From assembly GCF_009914755.1 (NCBI RefSeq), contig NC_060948.1: a stretch of DNA of 64,000 nucleotides. One strand, given 5' to 3'. Shown in pieces: positions 14,211-27,900 of this stretch. How positions within the stretch are numbered: the first letter of the stretch is position 1; each line of letters starts with the position of its first letter. Made by a program: the position numbers and the translations under genes. The stretch is from the human T2T-CHM13v2.0 reference genome, Homo sapiens. The notes below the pieces were generated by a model. That model had not been told where the DNA came from. It made no database searches and worked only from the letters and a program-made list of their open reading frames with translations.

Positions 14211-17200
14211 CACGAATGCTCAAATTGAATGGACTCGAATGGAATGGAAACGAAAGGAATGTCATCGAATGGAATTGAATCGATTGGAATGAAATCGCAT
14301 AGAATGGAGTGGAATCAAATGGAATTGAATCGAAAGGAAAGGAAGCGAATGGACTGAAATGAAATGGAATGGAATTGAATGGAAAGTAATGCAATGGAAT
14401 AGAATGGAACGAAATTTCACGGAATGGAATCAAACTGAATGGAATCAAATCAATGGAATCTAATCAAATGGAATGGAAAGGAATTGAATGGAGTAGATTG
14501 GATTGGATGGGATTGGAATGAAATGTACTGGAAAGGACTCGAATTTCATGAAACGGAATGGAATGAATTGGAACGGAATGGACTCGAATGGAATGGAATG
14601 TCATGGAATGGCATCAAATGGAATGGCATCAAATGGAATGGAATCGAATGCAATGGAATGCTATGGAATGGAATGGAATGCATTGGAATGGAATGTCCTC
14701 TAATGGAATGGATTCGAGTGGAATGGAATCGAATATAATGGAGTCGAATGAAATGGAATTGAAAGGAATGGGATCGAATAGAATGGAATATACTGAAATG
14801 TAATGTAATGAACTCGAATATAATTGACTGGAATGGAATGTACATGAATGGAATGTAATCGAATGGAAAGTAATCCAATGGAATAGAATCTAATGCAATA
14901 AAACCGACTCAGATAGAGTAGAATGTAATGGAATGGAGTGCAGTGCAATGGAATGGAATGGAATTGAATGCAATGGAATGGAATGGAATGGAATGGAATG
15001 GAATGGAATGGAATGGAATGGGATGGAATGGTATGGAATGGATAGTAATGGACTGGAGTGAAATGGACTGGAAAGGAATGGACTCAAATTGAAAGGGCTC
15101 GAAAGGAATGGAGTCAAATGGAATGGTCTGGAATGGAATGAACACGAGTGTAATGCAATCCAATAGAATGGAAACGAATGACATGGAATATAAAGAAATG
15201 GAATCGAAGAGAATGGAAACAAATGGAATGGAATTGAATGGAATGGAATTGAATGGAATGGGAACGAATGGAGTGAAATTGTATGCAGTAGAAGGGAATA
15301 GAATGGAATGCAAGCGAAAGGAAAGGAATGGATTGGAATGGAATGGAATTCATTGGAATGGAAGGGAATGTAGTGTAATGGACAGGCCTGGAATAAAGTG
15401 GAATGCTACGGTCTCGAATGGAATAAAAATGTATGGAATGGAATGCAATGAAACGGAATCGAATGTCATAGAATGTAATGGAATGCAACAAAATGGAATC
15501 CAAAATCATTGACTGGAAAGGCTGGATGTCGAAAGGAATTGACTCCAATGGAATGGAATCGAATGGAATGGAAGTGAATAGAATCGAACTAAATCGAATG
15601 GAATGGAATTGATAGGAACGGAATGGAAAGGAATGCAATGATTTGGCATGGAATGGAATCGAATGGCATCGAATGGAATGGAATGGAATGCAATGGAATG
15701 GAATGTATTAGAATGTAATGAACTTTAATGGAATGTACTCGAATGGATTCGACTGGAATGGAATGTTCTGGAAGTGAATGGACTCCAATGGAATGGATTC
15801 AAAAGGAATGGAATCGTACGGAATGGAATCTAATGGAATGGAATTAAATGGAAATGAATCAAATTGAATAGCACGGAATTGAATTGAATGGAATCGAATG
15901 CAATGGAATCTAATGAAACGGAAAGGAAAGGAATGCAATGGAATGGAATGGGCTGGAATGGAAAGGAATCGAAACGAATGGAATGGAATCGAACTGAAGA
16001 GACTGGAATGGAATGCACTGGAATGGAAGGGAGTGTAATGGAAGGTTCTCGAAAAAAATGGAATCGAATGGAATGGAATTGAATGGAACGGAATAGAGTC
16101 GAATGGAATTGAATGGAATGGAATGGACTAGAGTGAAATGGAATCGAACCACAAGGAATGGAGAGGAATAGAATGGTCTCGAATTGAATGGAATCGTATG
16201 GAATGGCATCAAACGGAATGGAATGGACAGCCACGGAATGGAATGCACTCGAATGCAATGGAGTCGAAACTAATGGACTGGAATAGAATGGACTCGACTG
16301 GTACGGACTCCAATGGAAGGGAATCGAATGGAAGGGAATCGAACGGAATGGACTCGAAGGGAAAAGACTGCAATGGAAAGGTCTCGAATGGAATGGAAAT
16401 TAATGGAATGGAATGGAATCGAATGAAATGGAGTCAAAAGGAATGGAATCGAATGGCAAGAAATCGAATGTAATGGAATCGCAAGGAATTGATGTGAACG
16501 GAACGGAATGGAATGGAATCCAAAGGAATGGAATAGAATGGAATGGAATCGAATGGAAAGGACTCGAATGGAAATCACTGGAATAGAATGCAATTTAATA
16601 AAATAGGATCAAATGTAATGGAATGGAATGGAAAGGAATCGAAACGAAAGGAATGGAGACAGATGGAATGGAATAGAACAGAGAGCAATGGTATAGAATG
16701 GAATGGAATCATCTGGAATGGAATTGAATGGAATGGAATAATATGAAATGGAATGGAATGGAATGGAATGGAATGCCCTTGAATTAAATGGACTGGAATG
16801 GAATGGACTCGAACAGAGTGGAATGGAAAGTGTTGAGATAGAATGGAATGGACTCGTTTGGAATGGTCTAGTATGCAATGCAATCGACTGGCAGGGAATC
16901 AAAAGGAATGTAATCGAATGGATTGGACTGGAATGCAATGGACTCGAATAGATTGCAAACGGAATGCAAAGGAATGGAATGGAATAGTATGGAATGGAAT
17001 GGAAAGGAATGGAGTGGAATAGACTAGAGTGGAATGGAATGGACTGGAAAGCAATGGACTGGAATGGAACTTTCTTGAATGGACTGGAATCAAACGGAAT
17101 GGAATGCAATGCAATCAAATGGCATGGAATAAAATAGAATGAAAGAGAATCAAATGGAATTGAATCGAATGGAATCGAATGGATTGGAAAGGAATAGAAT

Positions 17201-20200
17201 GGAATGGAATGGAATTGACTCAAATGGAATGGACTAGAATGGAATGGATTCGAATGGAAGGCAAAGGAATGGAATCTATTGGAATGGACTGTAATGGAAT
17301 GGAATGGAAGGGATTGGAATGGACTCGAATGGAATGGACTGCAATAGAAAGGATTCGAATGGAATGAAAAAGAATTGAATGGAATAGAACAGAATGGAAT
17401 CAAATCGAATGAAATGGAATGGAATAGAAAGGAATGGAATGAAATGGAATGGAAAGGATTCGAATGGAATGCAATCGAATGGAATGGAATCGAACGGAAT
17501 GGAATAAAATGGAAGAAAACTGGCAAGAAATGGAATCGAAATGAATGGAGTGTTATGGAACGGACTCAAAAGGAATTGAATGTAATAGAATGGAGTGGAG
17601 TGGACTCGAATATAATGGACTGGAATGGAATGAAATCACATGGAATGGGAACGAATGGAATGGAATGGAAAGGAATGGAATCGAATGGAAAGGAATCGAA
17701 TGGAAGGGAATGAAATTGAATCAACAGGAATGGAAGGGAATAGAATAGACGGTAATGGAATGGACTCGAATAGAATGGACACGAATGCTCAAATTGAATG
17801 GACTCGAATGGAATGGAAACGAAAGGAATGTCATCGAATGGAATTGAATCGATTGGAATGAAATCGCATAGAATGGAGTGGAATCAAATGGAATTGAATC
17901 GAAAGGAAAGGAAGCGAATGGACTGAAATGAAATGGAATGGAATTGAATGGAAAGTAATGCAATGGAATAGAATGGAACGAAATTTCAAGGAATGGAATC
18001 AAACTGAATGGAATCAAATCAATGGAATCTAATCAAATGGAATGGAAAGGAATTGAATGGAGTAGATTGGATTGGATGGGATTGGAATGAAATGTACTGG
18101 AAAGGACTCGAATTTCATGAAACGGAATGGAATGAATTGGAACGGAATGGACTCGAATGGAATGGAATGTCATGGAATGGCATCAAATGGAATGGCATCA
18201 AATGGAATGGAATCGAATGCAATGGAATGCTATGGAATGGAATGGAATGCATTGGAATGGAATGTCCTCTAATGGAATGGATTCGAGTGGAATGGAATCG
18301 AATATAATGGAGTCGAATGAAATGGAATTGAAAGGAATGGGATCGAATAGAATGGAATATACTGAAATGTAATGTAATGAACTCGAATATAATTGACTGG
18401 AATGGAATGTACATGAATGGAATGTAATCGAATGGAAAGTAATCCAATGGAATAGAATCTAATGCAATATAACCGACTCAGATAGAGTAGAATGTAATGG
18501 AATGGAGTGCAGTGCAATGGAATGGAATGGAATTGAATGCAATGGAATGGAATGGAATGGAATGGAATGGAATGGAATGGAATGGAATGGAATGGGATGG
18601 AATGGTATGGAATGGATAGTAATGGACTGGAGTGAAATGGACTGGAAAGGAATGGACTCAAATTGAAAGGGCTCGAAAGGAATGGAGTCAAATGGAATGG
18701 TCTGGAATGGAATGAACACGAGTGTAATGCAATCCAATAGAATGGAAACGAATGACATGGAATATAAAGAAATGGAATCGAAGAGAATGGAAACAAATGG
18801 AATGGAATTGAATGGAATGGAATTGAATGGAATGGGAACGAATGGAGTGAAATTGTATGCAGTAGAAGGGAATAGAATGGAATGCAAGCGAAAGGAAAGG
18901 AATGGATTGGAATGGAATGGAATTCATTGGAATGGAAGGGAATGTAGTGTAATGGACAGGCCTGGAATAAAGTGGAATGCTACGGTCTCGAATGGAATAA
19001 AAATGTATGGAATGGAATGCAATGAAACGGAATCGAATGTCATAGAATGTAATGGAATGCAAAAAAATGGAATCCAAAATCATTGACTGGAAAGGCTGGG
19101 TGTCGAAAGGAATTGACTCCAATGGAATGGAATCGAATGGAATGGAAGTGAATAGAATGGAACTAAATCGAATGGAATGGAATTGATAGGAACGGAATGG
19201 AAAGGAATGCAATGATTTGGCATGGAATGGAATCGAATGGCATCGAATGGAATGGAATGGAATGCAATGGAATGGAATGTATTAGAATGTAATGAACTTT
19301 AATGGAATGTACTCGAATGGATTCGACTGGAATGGAATGTTCTGGAAGTGAATGGACTCCAATGGAATGGATTCAAAGGAATGGAATCGTACGGAATGGA
19401 ATCTAATGGAATGGAATTAAATGGAAATGAATCAAATTGAATAGCACGGAATTGAATTGAATGGAATCGAATGCAATGGAATCTAATGAAACGGAAAGGA
19501 AAGGAATGCAATGGAATGGAATGGGCTGGAATGGAAAGGAATCGAAACGAATGGAATGGAATCGAACTGAAGAGACTGGAATGGAATGCACTGGAATGGA
19601 AGGGAGTGTAATGGAAGGTTCTCGAAAAAAATGGAATCGAATGGAATGGAATTGAATGGAACGGAATAGAGTCGAATGGAATTGAATGGAATGGAATGGA
19701 CTAGAGTGAAATGGAATCGAACCACAAGGAATGGAGAGGAATAGAATGGTCTCGAATTGAATGGAATCGTATGGAATGGCATCAAACGGAATGGAATGGA
19801 CAGCCACGGAATGGAATGCACTCGAATGCAATGGAGTCGAAACTAATGGACTGGAATAGAATGGACTCGACTGGTACGGACTCCAATGGAAGGGAATCGA
19901 ATGGAAGGGAATCGAACGGAATGGACTCGAAGGGAAAAGACTGCAATGGAAAGGTCTCCAATGGAATGGAAATTAATGGAATGGAATGGAATCGAATGAA
20001 ATGGAGTCAAAAGGAATGGAATCGAATGGCAAGAAATCGAATGTAATGGAATCGCAAGGAATTGATGTGAGCGGAACGGAATGGAATGGAATCCAAAGGA
20101 ATGGAATAGAATGGAATGGAATCGAATGGAAAGGACTCGAATGGAAATCACTGGAATAGAATGCAATTTAATAAAATAGGATCAAATGTAATGGAATGGA

Positions 20201-23200
20201 ATGGAAAGGAATCGAAACGAAAGGAATGGAGACAGATGGAATGGAATAGAACAGAGAGCAATGGTATAGAATGGAATGGAATCATCTGGAATGGAATTGA
20301 ATGGAATGGAATAATATGAAATGGAATGGAATGGAATGGAATGGAATGCCCTTGAATTAAATGGACTGGAATGGAATGGACTCGAACAGAGTGGAATGGA
20401 AAGTGTTGAGATAGAATGGAATGGACTCGTTTGGAATGGTCTAGTATGCAATGCAATCGACTGGCAGGGAATCAAAAGGAATGTAATCGAATGGATTGGA
20501 CTGGAATGCAATGGACTCGAATAGATTGCAAACGGAATGCAAAGGAATGGAATGGAATAGTATGGAATGGAATGGAAAGGAATGGAGTGGAATAGACTAG
20601 AGTGGAATGGAATGGACTGGAAAGCAATGGACTGGAATGGAACTTTCTTGAATGGACTGGAATCAAACGGAATGGAATGCAATGCAATCAAATGGCATGG
20701 AATAAAATAGAATGAAAGAGAATCAAATGGAATTGAATCGAATGGAATCGAATGGATTGGAAAGGAATAGAATGGAATGGAATGGAATGGACTAGAATGG
20801 AATGGATTCGAATGGAAGGCAAAGGAATGGAATCTATTGGAATGGACTGTAATGGAATGGAATGGAAGGGATTGGAATGGACTCGAATGGAATGGACTGC
20901 AATAGAAAGGATTCGAATGGAATGAAAAAGAATTGAATGGAATAGAACAGAATGGAATCAAATCGAATGAAATGGAATGGAATAGAAAGGAATGGAATGA
21001 AATGGAATGGAAAGGATTCGAATGGAATGCAATCGAATGGAATGGAATCGAACGGAATGGAATAAAATGGAAGAAAACTGGCAAGAAATGGAATCAAAAT
21101 GAATGGAGTGTTATGGAACGGACTCAAAAGGAATTGAATGTAATAGAATGGAGTGGAGTGGACTCGAATATAATGGACTGGAATGGAATGAAATCACATG
21201 GAATGGGAACGAATGGAATGGAATGGAAAGGAATGGAATCGAATGGAAAGGAATCGAATGGAAGGGAATGAAATTGAATCAACAGGAATGGAAGGAAATA
21301 GAATAGACGGTAATGGAATGGACTCGAATAGAATGGACACGAATGCTCAAATTGAATGGACTCGAATGGAATGGAAACGAAAGGAATGTCATCGAATGGA
21401 ATTGAATCGATTGGAATGAAATCGCATAGAATGGAGTGGAATCAAATGGAATTGAATCGAAAGGAAAGGAAGCGAATGGACTGAAATGAAATGGAATGGA
21501 ATTGAATGGAAAGTAATGCAATGGAATAGAATGGAACGAAATTTCACGGAATGGAATCAAACTGAATGGAATCAAATCAATGGAATCTAATCAAATGGAA
21601 TGGAAAGGAATTGAATGGAGTAGATTGGATTGGATGGGATTGGAATGAAATGTACTGGAAAGGACTCGAATTTCATGAAACGGAATGGAATGAATTGGAA
21701 CGGAATGGACTCGAATGGAATGGAATGTCATGGAATGGCATCAAATGGAATGGCATCAAACGGAATGGAATCGAATGCAATGGAATGCTATGGAATGGAA
21801 TGGAATGCATTGGAATGGAATGTCCTCTAATGGAATGGATTCGAGTGGAATGGAATCGAATATAATGGAGTCGAATGAAATGGAATTGAAAGGAATGGGA
21901 TCGAATAGAATGGAATATACTGAAATGTAATGTAATGAACTCGAATATAATTGACTGGAATGGAATGTACATGAATGGAATGTAATCGAATGGAAAGTAA
22001 TCCAATGGAATAGAATCTAATGCAATAAAACCGACTCAGATAGAGTAGAATGTAATGGAATGGAGTGCAGTGCAATGGAATGGAATGGAATTGAATGCAA
22101 TGGAATGGAATGGAATGGAATGGAATGGAATGGAATGGAATGGAATGGGATGGAATGGTATGGAATGGATAGTAATGGACTGGAGTGAAATGGACTGGAA
22201 AGGAATGGACTCAAATTGAAAGGGCTCGAAAGGAATGGAGTCAAATGGAATGGTCTGGAATGGAATGAACACGAGTGTAATGCAATCCAATAGAATGGAA
22301 ACGAATGACATGGAATATAAAGAAATGGAATCGAAGAGAATGGAAACAAATGGAATGGAATTGAATGGAATGGAATTGAATGGAATGGGAACGAATGGAG
22401 TGAAATTGTATGCAGTAGAAGGGAATAGAATGGAATGCAAGCGAAAGGAAAGGAATGGATTGGAATGGAATGGAATTCATTGGAATGGAAGGGAATGTAG
22501 TGTAATGGACAGGCCTGGAATAAAGTGGAATGCTACGGTCTCGAATGGAATAAAAATGTATGGAATGGAATGCAATGAAACGGAATCGAATGTCATAGAA
22601 TGTAATGGAATGCAACAAAATGGAATCCAAAATCATTGACTGGAAAGGCTGGGTGTCGAAAGGAATTGACTCCAATGGAATGGAATCGAATGGAATGGAA
22701 GTGAATAGAATGGAACTAAATCGAATGGAATGGAATTGATAGGAACGGAATGGAAAGGAATGCAATGATTTGGCATGGAATGGAATCGAATGGCATCGAA
22801 TGGAATGGAATGGAATGCAATGGAATGGAATGTATTAGAATGTAATGAACTTTAATGGAATGTACTCGAATGGATTCGACTGGAATGGAATGTTCTGGAA
22901 GTGAATGGACTCCAATGGAATGGATTCCAAAGGAATGGAATCGTACGGAATGGAATCTAATGGAATGGAATTAAATGGAAATGAATCAAATTGAATAGCA
23001 CGGAATTGAATTGAATGGAATGGAATGCAATGGAATCTAATGAAACGGAAAGGAAAGGAATGCAATGGAATGGAATGGGCTGGAATGGAAAGGAATCGAA
23101 ACGAATGGAATGGAATCGAACTGAAGAGACTGGAATGGAATGCACTGGAATGGAAGGGAGTGTAATGGAAGGTTCTCGAAAAAAATGGAATCGAATGGAA

Positions 23201-24906
23201 TGGAATTGAATGGAACGGAATAGAGTCGAATGGAATTGAATGGAATGGAATGGACTAGAGTGAAATGGAATCGAACCACAAGGAATGGAGAGGAATAGAA
23301 TGGTCTCGAATTGAATGGAATCGTATGGAATGGCATCAAACGGAATGGAATGGACAGCCACGGAATGGAATGCACTCGAATGCAATGGAGTCGAAACTAA
23401 TGGACTGGAATAGAATGGACTCGACTGGTACGGACTCCAATGGAAGGGAATCGAATGGAAGGGAATCGAACGGAATGGACTCGAAGGGAAAAGACTGCAA
23501 TGGAAAGGTCTCGAATGGAATGGAAATTAATGGAATGGAATGGAATCGAATGAAATGGAGTCAAAAGGAATGGAATCGAATGGCAAGAAATCGAATGTAA
23601 TGGAATCGCAAGGAATTGATGTGAACGGAACGGAATGGAATGGAATCCAAAGGAATGGAATAGAATGGAATGGAATCGAATGGAAAGGACTCGAATGGAA
23701 ATCACTGGAATAGAATGCAATTTAATAAAATAGGATCAAATGTAATGGAATGGAATGGAAAGGAATCGAAACGAAAGGAATGGAGACAGATGGAATGGAA
23801 TAGAACAGAGAGCAATGGTATAGAATGGAATGGAATCATCTGGAATGGAATTGAATGGAATGGAATAATATGAAATGGAATGGAATGGAATGGAATGGAA
23901 TGCCCTTGAATTAAATGGACTGGAATGGAATGGACTCGAACAGAGTGGAATGGAAAGTGTTGAGATAGAATGGAATGGACTCGTTTGGAATGGTCTAGTA
24001 TGCAATGCAATCGACTGGCAGGGAATCAAAAGGAATGTAATCGAATGGATTGGACTGGAATGCAATGGACTCGAATAGATTGCAAACGGAATGCAAAGGA
24101 ATGGAATGGAATAGTATGGAATGGAATGGAAAGGAATGGAGTGGAATAGACTAGAGTGGAATGGAATGGACTGGAAAGCAATGGACTGGAATGGAACTTT
24201 CTTGAATGGACTGGAATCAAACGGAATGGAATGCAATGCAATCAAATGGCATGGAATAAAATAGAATGAAAGAGAATCAAATGGAATTGAATCGAATGGA
24301 ATCGAATGGATTGGAAAGGAATAGAATGGAATGGAATGGAATTGACTCAAATGGAATGGACTAGAATGGAATGGATTCGAATGGAAGGCAAAGGAATGGA
24401 ATCTATTGGAATGGACTGTAATGGAATGGAATGGAAGGGATTGGAATGGACTCGAATGGAATGGACTGCAATAGAAAGGATTCGAATGGAATGAAAAAGA
24501 ATTGAATGGAATAGAACAGAATGGAATCAAATCGAATGAAATGGAATGGAATAGAAAGGAATGGAATGAAATGGAATGGAAAGGATTCGAATGGAATGCA
24601 ATCGAATGGAATGGAATCGAACGGAATGGAATAAAATGGAAGAAAACTGGCAAGAAATGGAATCGAAATGAATGGAGTGTTATGGAACGGACTCAAAAGG
24701 AATTGAATGTAATAGAATGGAGTGGAGTGGACTCGAATATAATGGACTGGAATGGAATGAAATCACATGGAATGGGAACGAATGGAATGGAATGGAAAGG
24801 AATGGAATCGAATGGAAAGGAATCGAATGGAAGGGAATGAAATTGAATCAACAGGAATGGAAGGGAATAGAATAGACGGTAATGGAATGGACTCGAATAG
24901 AATGGA
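14211..24906 (+). repeat. DYZ1 units 5-7 (3569, 3558, 3569 bp; type B), first copy of a 3-unit higher-order block
   Basis: Landmarks at 14211, 17780, 21338; private variants recur 10.69 kb downstream. Confidence 0.9.
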
Positions 24907-27900
24907 CACGAATGCTCAAATTGAATGGACTCGAATGGAATGGAAACGAAAGGAATGTCATCGAATGGAATTGAATCGATTGGAATGAAATCGCATAGAA
25001 TGGAGTGGAATCAAATGGAATTGAATCGAAAGGAAAGGAAGCGAATGGACTGAAATGAAATGGAATGGAATTGAATGGAAAGTAATGCAATGGAATAGAA
25101 TGGAACGAAATTTCACGGAATGGAATCAAACTGAATGGAATCAAATCAATGGAATCTAATCAAATGGAATGGAAAGGAATTGAATGGAGTAGATTGGATT
25201 GGATGGGATTGGAATGAAATGTACTGGAAAGGACTCGAATTTCATGAAACGGAATGGAATGAATTGGAACGGAATGGACTCGAATGGAATGGAATGTCAT
25301 GGAATGGCATCAAATGGAATGGCATCAAATGGAATGGAATCGAATGCAATGGAATGCTATGGAATGGAATGGAATGCATTGGAATGGAATGTCCTCTAAT
25401 GGAATGGATTCGAGTGGAATGGAATCGAATATAATGGAGTCGAATGAAATGGAATTGAAAGGAATGGGATCGAATAGAATGGAATATACTGAAATGTAAT
25501 GTAATGAACTCGAATATAATTGACTGGAATGGAATGTACATGAATGGAATGTAATCGAATGGAAAGTAATCCAATGGAATAGAATCTAATGCAATAAAAC
25601 CGACTCAGATAGAGTAGAATGTAATGGAATGGAGTGCAGTGCAATGGAATGGAATGGAATTGAATGCAATGGAATGGAATGGAATGGAATGGAATGGAAT
25701 GGAATGGAATGGAATGGGATGGAATGGTATGGAATGGATAGTAATGGACTGGAGTGAAATGGACTGGAAAGGAATGGACTCAAATTGAAAGGGCTCGAAA
25801 GGAATGGAGTCAAATGGAATGGTCTGGAATGGAATGAACACGAGTGTAATGCAATCCAATAGAATGGAAACGAATGACATGGAATATAAAGAAATGGAAT
25901 CGAAGAGAATGGAAACAAATGGAATGGAATTGAATGGAATGGAATTGAATGGAATGGGAACGAATGGAGTGAAATTGTATGCAGTAGAAGGGAATAGAAT
26001 GGAATGCAAGCGAAAGGAAAGGAATGGATTGGAATGGAATGGAATTCATTGGAATGGAAGGGAATGTAGTGTAATGGACAGGCCTGGAATAAAGTGGAAT
26101 GCTACGGTCTCGAATGGAATAAAAATGTATGGAATGGAATGCAATGAAACGGAATCGAATGTCATAGAATGTAATGGAATGCAACAAAATGGAATCCAAA
26201 ATCATTGACTGGAAAGGCTGGATGTCGAAAGGAATTGACTCCAATGGAATGGAATCGAATGGAATGGAAGTGAATAGAATCGAACTAAATCGAATGGAAT
26301 GGAATTGATAGGAACGGAATGGAAAGGAATGCAATGATTTGGCATGGAATGGAATCGAATGGCATCGAATGGAATGGAATGGAATGCAATGGAATGGAAT
26401 GTATTAGAATGTAATGAACTTTAATGGAATGTACTCGAATGGATTCGACTGGAATGGAATGTTCTGGAAGTGAATGGACTCCAATGGAATGGATTCAAAA
26501 GGAATGGAATCGTACGGAATGGAATCTAATGGAATGGAATTAAATGGAAATGAATCAAATTGAATAGCACGGAATTGAATTGAATGGAATCGAATGCAAT
26601 GGAATCTAATGAAACGGAAAGGAAAGGAATGCAATGGAATGGAATGGGCTGGAATGGAAAGGAATCGAAACGAATGGAATGGAATCGAACTGAAGAGACT
26701 GGAATGGAATGCACTGGAATGGAAGGGAGTGTAATGGAAGGTTCTCGAAAAAAATGGAATCGAATGGAATGGAATTGAATGGAACGGAATAGAGTCGAAT
26801 GGAATTGAATGGAATGGAATGGACTAGAGTGAAATGGAATCGAACCACAAGGAATGGAGAGGAATAGAATGGTCTCGAATTGAATGGAATCGTATGGAAT
26901 GGCATCAAACGGAATGGAATGGACAGCCACGGAATGGAATGCACTCGAATGCAATGGAGTCGAAACTAATGGACTGGAATAGAATGGACTCGACTGGTAC
27001 GGACTCCAATGGAAGGGAATCGAATGGAAGGGAATCGAACGGAATGGACTCGAAGGGAAAAGACTGCAATGGAAAGGTCTCGAATGGAATGGAAATTAAT
27101 GGAATGGAATGGAATCGAATGAAATGGAGTCAAAAGGAATGGAATCGAATGGCAAGAAATCGAATGTAATGGAATCGCAAGGAATTGATGTGAACGGAAC
27201 GGAATGGAATGGAATCCAAAGGAATGGAATAGAATGGAATGGAATCGAATGGAAAGGACTCGAATGGAAATCACTGGAATAGAATGCAATTTAATAAAAT
27301 AGGATCAAATGTAATGGAATGGAATGGAAAGGAATCGAAACGAAAGGAATGGAGACAGATGGAATGGAATAGAACAGAGAGCAATGGTATAGAATGGAAT
27401 GGAATCATCTGGAATGGAATTGAATGGAATGGAATAATATGAAATGGAATGGAATGGAATGGAATGGAATGCCCTTGAATTAAATGGACTGGAATGGAAT
27501 GGACTCGAACAGAGTGGAATGGAAAGTGTTGAGATAGAATGGAATGGACTCGTTTGGAATGGTCTAGTATGCAATGCAATCGACTGGCAGGGAATCAAAA
27601 GGAATGTAATCGAATGGATTGGACTGGAATGCAATGGACTCGAATAGATTGCAAACGGAATGCAAAGGAATGGAATGGAATAGTATGGAATGGAATGGAA
27701 AGGAATGGAGTGGAATAGACTAGAGTGGAATGGAATGGACTGGAAAGCAATGGACTGGAATGGAACTTTCTTGAATGGACTGGAATCAAACGGAATGGAA
27801 TGCAATGCAATCAAATGGCATGGAATAAAATAGAATGAAAGAGAATCAAATGGAATTGAATCGAATGGAATCGAATGGATTGGAAAGGAATAGAATGGAA